DNA from: an uncultured Acidimicrobiaceae bacterium
GTDB lineage: Bacteria; Actinomycetota; Acidimicrobiia; Spongiisociales; UBA5794
Assembly: GCA_964397045.1 (NCBI GenBank)
Contig: CAYNHF010000051.1
Location: 24,928-88,927, forward strand
Length of the DNA stretch: 64,000 nucleotides
Direction: 5' to 3'
Part shown: positions 59,018-64,000 of the stretch, piece by piece
Numbering within the stretch: the first letter of the stretch is position 1
Layout: each line of letters opens with the position of its first letter
The notes under the pieces: generated by a model
Seen by the model: the letters and a program-made list of their open reading frames with translations, nothing else
Told to the model about the DNA's origin: nothing
Databases searched by the model: none
Program-made: the position numbers and the translations under genes

Positions 59018-59251
59018 GGGAAGCCATTGCAGCAGACGAAGGCGCGTCGAGGGAGGATTGATTCTCGCAGTTCGCGCCGCGCCCGCATCAGCGAGTAGCC
59101 GAACCAGATGGACTCGGCTGTAGCCAAGTGAACGCCGCGAAGCCGACTGACCTCACCACCTACCCCGAGGGGTGGGAACCCGAAGGGGATCCCACCCGGT
59201 GCCGATCAGCTGATCCAGGCCGACGGAGACTCGCTCGACCTCATTCCTATC

Positions 59252-59491
59252 TTGGGTGAGAACGACCGCGGGCAGATAGCGGGCCTCGACGACTCCAACA
59301 CAATGTGGGTGTCCGTCGAGGGAGGATCGACCTGGCAAGCGATCGGCGTTCTCAGCCTCGAACAGGATGAGGATGAGGGCATCGACATCGACGTCGTAGT
59401 TGCTACCGAATCCTTGCTGCTGGTCGCGGGCACCACCGGCCAATCCGAAATACCGCCAGGCGCGATCTGGGTGGGCGAGTGGAGTCGCTGA
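59252..59491 (+). CDS. Possible small acidic hypothetical protein (weak)
   Basis: Frame open 59132-59491 with moderate GC3 (…ADQLIQADGDSLDLIPILGENDRGQIAGLDDSNTMWVSVEGGSTWQAIGVL…). TTG or internal ATG start only. Confidence 0.2.
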   Translation: MGENDRGQIAGLDDSNTMWVSVEGGSTWQAIGVLSLEQDEDEGIDIDVVVATESLLLVAGTTGQSEIPPGAIWVGEWSR

Positions 59492-59515
59492 GAGACATCG
59501 CGGTAGCCTGAGCGC

Positions 59516-59890
59516 GTGGAGATCGAACAGGGACAACACGGGGAACTGACCATGGTGGTCGGCATCGAGGACACCGCTATCGCCATGGGAAGCGGCAGCG
59601 TTGAGGTGCTGGCTACCCCCCGGATTGTCGCCTGGGTAGAGGCCGCCTCCGTCGCCGCACTGGCCGGTGCCCTCGAAGGGGGATCTACCTCGGTGGGTAT
59701 CCGCATCGACCTCGCCCACAAAGCGCCGGCACCGGTCGGTGCCGAGGTAACGGCAGCCGCCACGGTGAAAGAGGTGGAAGGCAGCGCCATCACCTTCGAA
59801 GTGACCGCGTTCGCCGCGGGCGTCGAACTCGCCAACGGTGAACACACCCGGGTCATCGTCGACGAGGCCCGGTTCGGATCGGCTTCGTGA
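59516..59890 (+). CDS. Hotdog-fold thioesterase-like protein
   Basis: About 120 aa with the hotdog pattern (IEDTAIAMGSGSVEVLATPRIVAWVEAA...GIRIDLAHKAPAPVGAEVTAAATV). Confidence 0.5.
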   Translation: MEIEQGQHGELTMVVGIEDTAIAMGSGSVEVLATPRIVAWVEAASVAALAGALEGGSTSVGIRIDLAHKAPAPVGAEVTAAATVKEVEGSAITFEVTAFAAGVELANGEHTRVIVDEARFGSAS

Positions 59891-59976
59891 GCCTGTAGTC
59901 AACACCTGCCTCCCGCACCCGGTCGTCGTGCGACTGATCCTCGACGAGGCTCACCCTCCGCCCTACACTCGAACGT

Positions 59977-62034
59977 ATGTTCGCTCCTCCCGTCCCCGAA
60001 ACTCCCACCTGGCTCGACGAACTCAACGAGCAGCAACGCGCTGCCGTCGATCACGGCGAAGGACCCCTCCTGGTGATCGCAGGGGCGGGATCGGGCAAGA
60101 CCAGAACACTCGCCGGACGGGTCGCCCGGCTCATCGAAGATGGCGTGCAGCCGGATCGGATCCTGCTGCTGACCTTCACCCGCCGGGCTGCTGCCGAGAT
60201 GTTGCGCCGCGCGAATGGCCTCATCGCCGACCGAAGCGCGGCCCGGGTCTGGGGTGGCACCTTCCATGCCACCGCCCACCGGCTGCTACGCCATTACGGG
60301 AACGCCGTAGGACTCAACGACGGCTTCACAGTCATCGACCAGAGCGACAGCGAGTCGTTGTTCGGTCTGCTCCGAACCGAACTCGGGGTGGCATCGACCA
60401 AAGAGAGGTTTCCCCGCCAGGAGACGATCGCAGCGATCTACTCGCGCAGCGTCAACGCCCAGACCAAGCTGTCGGAAACACTCGACACCCGGTTCCCGTG
60501 GTGCCGGGATCACGTCGAGCCACTGAAGGAACTCTTCGCGGCATATACGGCTCGCAAGCATCAGCACAACGTCGTCGACTACGACGACCTCCTGCTCTAC
60601 TGGCGAGCCCTCATCGAATCGTCTGCGGCGGCACCGCTGCGAGCCATGTTCGACCACGTCCTCGTCGACGAATATCAGGACACCAACCGCGTCCAGGCCG
60701 ACATCCTGATGGGCCTGTGCAGCCCGGAAGGCAACCTCACGGTGGTCGGTGACGATGCGCAGGCCATCTACTCCTTCCGCGCCGCAACAGTCGACAACAT
60801 CCTCGGCTTCTCGGACGAGTACCCCGGGGCCACCGTTATCCAGCTCGAACAGAACTATCGGTCGACGCCCCAGGTGTTGGCCGCAGCCAACGCCGTCATC
60901 TCGGAGTCCACCGAACTGTTCCCGAAGACGCTGTGGTCGTCCCGCCCCGAAGGCGCCAGGCCCCGGCTCGTGACGTGTTTCGACGAGGCAGCGCAGGCCG
61001 ACTACGTGTGTGACCGCGTGCTCGAACTCAGGGAGCAGGGAGTCGACCTCAAGGACCAGGCGGTGCTGTTTCGGACCGGCCACCACAGCGACGGACTCGA
61101 GCTCGAACTCTCCCGACGCCGCATCCCGTTCGTGAAATTCGGCGGTCTCAAGTTCCTCGAGGCAGCCCACATCAAGGATCTGCTCGCCACCCTACGGGTT
61201 CTCGACAACCCCAAAGACGAACTGGCGTGGCACCGGGTGCTCCGCATGGTGCCCGGGATCGGTCCGGCGACCGCAGCCCGTGTGATGGGCAACCTCGCGG
61301 CGACGGCCGCGGCCGGCGGCACAAACGAATTGCGCGAGTTCATCAACCTCGACATACGCATTCCCGTACAGGGTCGAGCGCCGCTCGCCGAGCTCACGAC
61401 TGCGCTGGCGGACTGCGCTTCCGGAGGCGACGATCTCGGACCCGCCGGACAGATCGATAGGCTGATCGACTTCTTCCGGATGGTGTTCGAACACGGCTAC
61501 GACAACGCCGCAGCCCGGCTCGGCGACATCGAGACGCTCCGCTCGCTCGCCGCCGATTTCCCTTCCCGCAGCCAGTTCCTCGCCGACCTTGCCCTCGATC
61601 CCCCAAACAGCACCAGCGACCTGGCGCAGCCTCCCCACCTCGACGACGACTACCTCATCCTGTCCACCATCCACTCCGCCAAGGGAGGCGAGTGGGAAGC
61701 CGTCTTTCTGATCCACGCAGCAGACGGCAACCTCCCCTCCGACATGGCGCTGAACGAGCCGGGCGGGGTCGAAGAGGAGCGCCGCATCATGTACGTCGCT
61801 CTCACCAGGGCACGAACCGAACTCCATGTCACGGTGCCCCAGCGCTTCTATCACAGACGTCGCGGGATGGACGCCGCCCACAGCTACGGCCTCCCGAGCC
61901 GCTTCCTCAGCGGCGCCCGTACCGCCTTCGATGAAGCCGCCGTCGGGGCCGCGGCCGCCGAGGGCGGATCGGCTCCATCAGTCGCTCCGGCCGCAGATCC
62001 TGTGGACCGGGTCCTCGCCGGCCTCTGGGAGTGA
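59977..62034 (+). CDS. UvrD/PcrA/Rep-family ATP-dependent DNA helicase
   Basis: Walker A (AGAGSGKT), motifs Ia-VI (LLTFTRRAAAEM, VDEYQDTN, VVGDDAQAIYSFRAA, NYRS, STIHSAKGGEW, YVALTRAR). Confidence 0.9.
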   Translation: MFAPPVPETPTWLDELNEQQRAAVDHGEGPLLVIAGAGSGKTRTLAGRVARLIEDGVQPDRILLLTFTRRAAAEMLRRANGLIADRSAARVWGGTFHATAHRLLRHYGNAVGLNDGFTVIDQSDSESLFGLLRTELGVASTKERFPRQETIAAIYSRSVNAQTKLSETLDTRFPWCRDHVEPLKELFAAYTARKHQHNVVDYDDLLLYWRALIESSAAAPLRAMFDHVLVDEYQDTNRVQADILMGLCSPEGNLTVVGDDAQAIYSFRAATVDNILGFSDEYPGATVIQLEQNYRSTPQVLAAANAVISESTELFPKTLWSSRPEGARPRLVTCFDEAAQADYVCDRVLELREQGVDLKDQAVLFRTGHHSDGLELELSRRRIPFVKFGGLKFLEAAHIKDLLATLRVLDNPKDELAWHRVLRMVPGIGPATAARVMGNLAATAAAGGTNELREFINLDIRIPVQGRAPLAELTTALADCASGGDDLGPAGQIDRLIDFFRMVFEHGYDNAAARLGDIETLRSLAADFPSRSQFLADLALDPPNSTSDLAQPPHLDDDYLILSTIHSAKGGEWEAVFLIHAADGNLPSDMALNEPGGVEEERRIMYVALTRARTELHVTVPQRFYHRRRGMDAAHSYGLPSRFLSGARTAFDEAAVGAAAAEGGSAPSVAPAADPVDRVLAGLWE

Positions 62035-62104
62035 CCCGCGCGCAGTCTGCCGGGCAGACACCGCTCACGCTAGGGTCGGCGTCGGCGTGTGAGGGAGGAC
62101 AGCA

Positions 62105-62737
62105 GTGGAAGCGCAGCGACCGTCGTTTCGCATCGGGGACGCGATCTCATTCGGCTGGGAACGGTTCAGAGACAACGTCGGGATTCTCCTCGGCGTGATC
62201 GCGATCGCAGTCGCAATCAACCTCGGTTTCTCGATCTTGACCCGCGGCGTGAACAGCGGCCTGGCAGGCGCGTTGATCGCCCTCGCCTCTTGGGCGGTGT
62301 CGATTGTGATTGGTATGGGAGTCATTCGGATCGCGTTGAAGATCACAGACGGTCAGACGCCGGAAATCGCCGATCTGTTCATCTTCGACATCAACTTCGT
62401 TGCGTATGTCGTCACGTCGATCATCTTCGGCATTTCCGTAGTCCTCGGGCTCATCTTCTTCATCATTCCGGGAATCATGATCGCGCTGGCCTGGGGCTTC
62501 TATGGGTGGCCCATCGTCGATCGCGGCGCCCTCGTCGGGGAGTCGCTGACCGTGAGTTCCACCATTACCCGCGGTCACCGCTGGCATCTGCTCGGCTACG
62601 GAATCGTGCTCGGACTCTTCAATTTCCTCGGGGTCATCACGCTCTTCGGGTGGCTCATCACCATCCCCGTGAGCATCGTCGCCACTGCCTACGTGTACCG
62701 GCGGCTCAGCGGAGACCCGGTGGTGGAAACCATCTGA
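62105..62737 (+). CDS. Polytopic membrane protein, unknown function (lower GC than neighbours)
   Basis: Five or six TM helices with ATC/TTC-rich codons. GTG start. Confidence 0.55.
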   Translation: MEAQRPSFRIGDAISFGWERFRDNVGILLGVIAIAVAINLGFSILTRGVNSGLAGALIALASWAVSIVIGMGVIRIALKITDGQTPEIADLFIFDINFVAYVVTSIIFGISVVLGLIFFIIPGIMIALAWGFYGWPIVDRGALVGESLTVSSTITRGHRWHLLGYGIVLGLFNFLGVITLFGWLITIPVSIVATAYVYRRLSGDPVVETI

Positions 62738-62752
62738 GCCTGCCCGGCGCAT

Positions 62753-63631
62753 TCACACTCGTGCCGGGCTCAGCCACCCGGCGATGGCCTTGACTACCAG
62801 GTCGGGGACCTCCATCTGCGGAACATGGCCAACACCTGCAAACACCTCGAATGCCCAATCGGGCCGTTCCGCCGCGAGCCTCCTGCTCGCTTCGACGGGC
62901 ACGAGGCGATCCTGGGCACCGTGGAGTAACAGCACTGGAGACGCGACGCGATGCACCATGGCGCGAAACGCCCGGCGCCGGGCCAATACAACTGCAATCG
63001 AACGTCCCGCCTCCGTGAAGGCGCGGGGCGCCCATTCCATCTCCCGCCGCAGCTCCATCATCGCCGTCGCAGACTCGAGCGCTTCGGTTGATACCCGCGT
63101 CGGATCGACGCAGAGCAGTTCCATCGCATCGTGGAGCTGGGTCGAAATCGGTGTGGCTGCGTAGTAATGCCGAATGAGCCGCTCCCCCACTCCCGGAACG
63201 AGCGGCGCCGCCAGGCGCTGCGCCGCGACCACATCCACCGAGCCGACTGAGGCAACCGGCAGCGCCGGATCGATCAAAACCAGACCTTCCACTATGTCGG
63301 GGTGGGCATCGGCCGTTATCAACGAGATGAGCCCACCCATGCTGTTGCCCACGAGTGTCACCGGCCCGTCGGGCGCTACCACCCGGCAGAATGAGGCCAG
63401 TACGTCGCGATTGGCAGCCACGGTTGCTTTCCGACCCGCCGGCGGCGTGATCCCGAAGCCGACTAGGTCGATAGCAAACACCCGTCCCATCCTGCTGAGT
63501 GCGGGCGCGACCGATACCCAATTGCTGTGTGACCCGCCCAGCCCGTGGACGAGCACCAGGGTGGGTCCAGCGCCGCCGTGATCGACATAATGAACCGGAC
63601 CATCGACATCGAGTATCTGGGACCTGGGCAT
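62753..63631 (-). CDS. Alpha/beta hydrolase fold protein
   Basis: HGLGGS oxyanion motif, GNSMGG nucleophile elbow, C-terminal GVGHVPQ. Confidence 0.8.
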   Translation of the reverse strand: MPRSQILDVDGPVHYVDHGGAGPTLVLVHGLGGSHSNWVSVAPALSRMGRVFAIDLVGFGITPPAGRKATVAANRDVLASFCRVVAPDGPVTLVGNSMGGLISLITADAHPDIVEGLVLIDPALPVASVGSVDVVAAQRLAAPLVPGVGERLIRHYYAATPISTQLHDAMELLCVDPTRVSTEALESATAMMELRREMEWAPRAFTEAGRSIAVVLARRRAFRAMVHRVASPVLLLHGAQDRLVPVEASRRLAAERPDWAFEVFAGVGHVPQMEVPDLVVKAIAGWLSPARV

Positions 63632-63700
63632 GGGGCGAGACGCTAGTTACCGCGCCGGGCAATTCAATCCCATCCGGCCTCAGCAGCAATCCACTGATTG

Positions 63701-64000
63701 TCATTCCGTCCCAGGCCGGGATGACAACACGGCTCGATCGAACGCGTAGGGAAGCTCGAGCCGATGGCGTCGCAGCAGCCCGGCGTCGGCGAGGAGGTCA
63801 CTCGTGGCGCCGTCCGCCACAACCCGGCCCCCATCCAGGATCACACTCCGGCGGCACAGCTCGAGCGCAAACGGCAGGTCGTGGGTGATGATCAGCTGAG
63901 TGAGGGGCAGAGATTGCAGGACCCGAATGACCTCTCGTCTTCCCGCGGGGTCGAGTGCCCCACTCGGCTCATCGAGCACCAGGACGTCCGGTTCCATGGC
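63701..64000 (-). CDS. ABC transporter ATP-binding protein, C-terminal part (5' end beyond window)
   Basis: LVLDEPSGALDP (Walker B/D-loop) and IITHDL (H-loop). The ORF runs off the window end. Confidence 0.7.
   Translation of the reverse strand, partial: AMEPDVLVLDEPSGALDPAGRREVIRVLQSLPLTQLIITHDLPFALELCRRSVILDGGRVVADGATSDLLADAGLLRRHRLELPYAFDRAVLSSRPGTE

Noticed and set aside
62105-62737. Lower-GC membrane protein gene as possible horizontally acquired DNA
   Set aside because: The GC drop is explained by hydrophobic ATC/TTC/ATT codon use in a polytopic membrane protein. Flanking intergenic regions and neighbouring genes have native composition.

Overview
This is a high-GC (~68%) chromosomal segment of actinobacterial type, densely coding with about 60 genes, most supported by strong GC3 bias and RBS or overlapping start-stop signatures. 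Content is mainly core and accessory metabolism and envelope functions. It includes a fused E1alpha/beta 2-oxoacid dehydrogenase, a FadE-like acyl-CoA dehydrogenase, a DEAD-box helicase, cyclophilin, WhiB, a divergent NarL-type response regulator with a soluble GAF histidine kinase, and a Bpa-like proteasome activator. Also present are a sulfite-oxidase-like Mo enzyme, PolX, CaCA and NhaA antiporters, a P-type cation ATPase, prephenate dehydratase, threonine dehydratase, rhodanese, HppD, a lipoprotein serpin, and a GH13/GlgA/MalE-like glucan cluster. Further on lie an Rv0338c-like Fe-S reductase, an ECF sigma/anti-sigma pair, ProDH-ProC, SurE, Hsp20, a GNAT, a split NHEJ module (standalone LigD polymerase domain, standalone ATP ligase, macro domain), MurI and a UvrD-like helicase. 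I found no rRNA, tRNA, CRISPR array or IS element. The most unusual items are listed next. There is a solitary beta-class (SPPY) DNA methyltransferase translationally coupled to a polytopic membrane protein with no nuclease partner. The NHEJ components are split, with a macro-domain gene and no Ku. A lipobox serpin is present. The Bpa homologue has a GMYL rather than GQYL tail and no proteasome genes nearby. Two genes appear disrupted by frameshifts (a membrane protein at ~31.0 kb and a secreted-protein gene at 46.6-47.2 kb). Several strong hairpins and AT-rich islands lie in intergenic regions (9.5 kb bidirectional terminator, 19.8 kb divergent region, hsp20 promoter and terminator). All functional calls rest on remembered family motifs read from the translations; no database search was possible.
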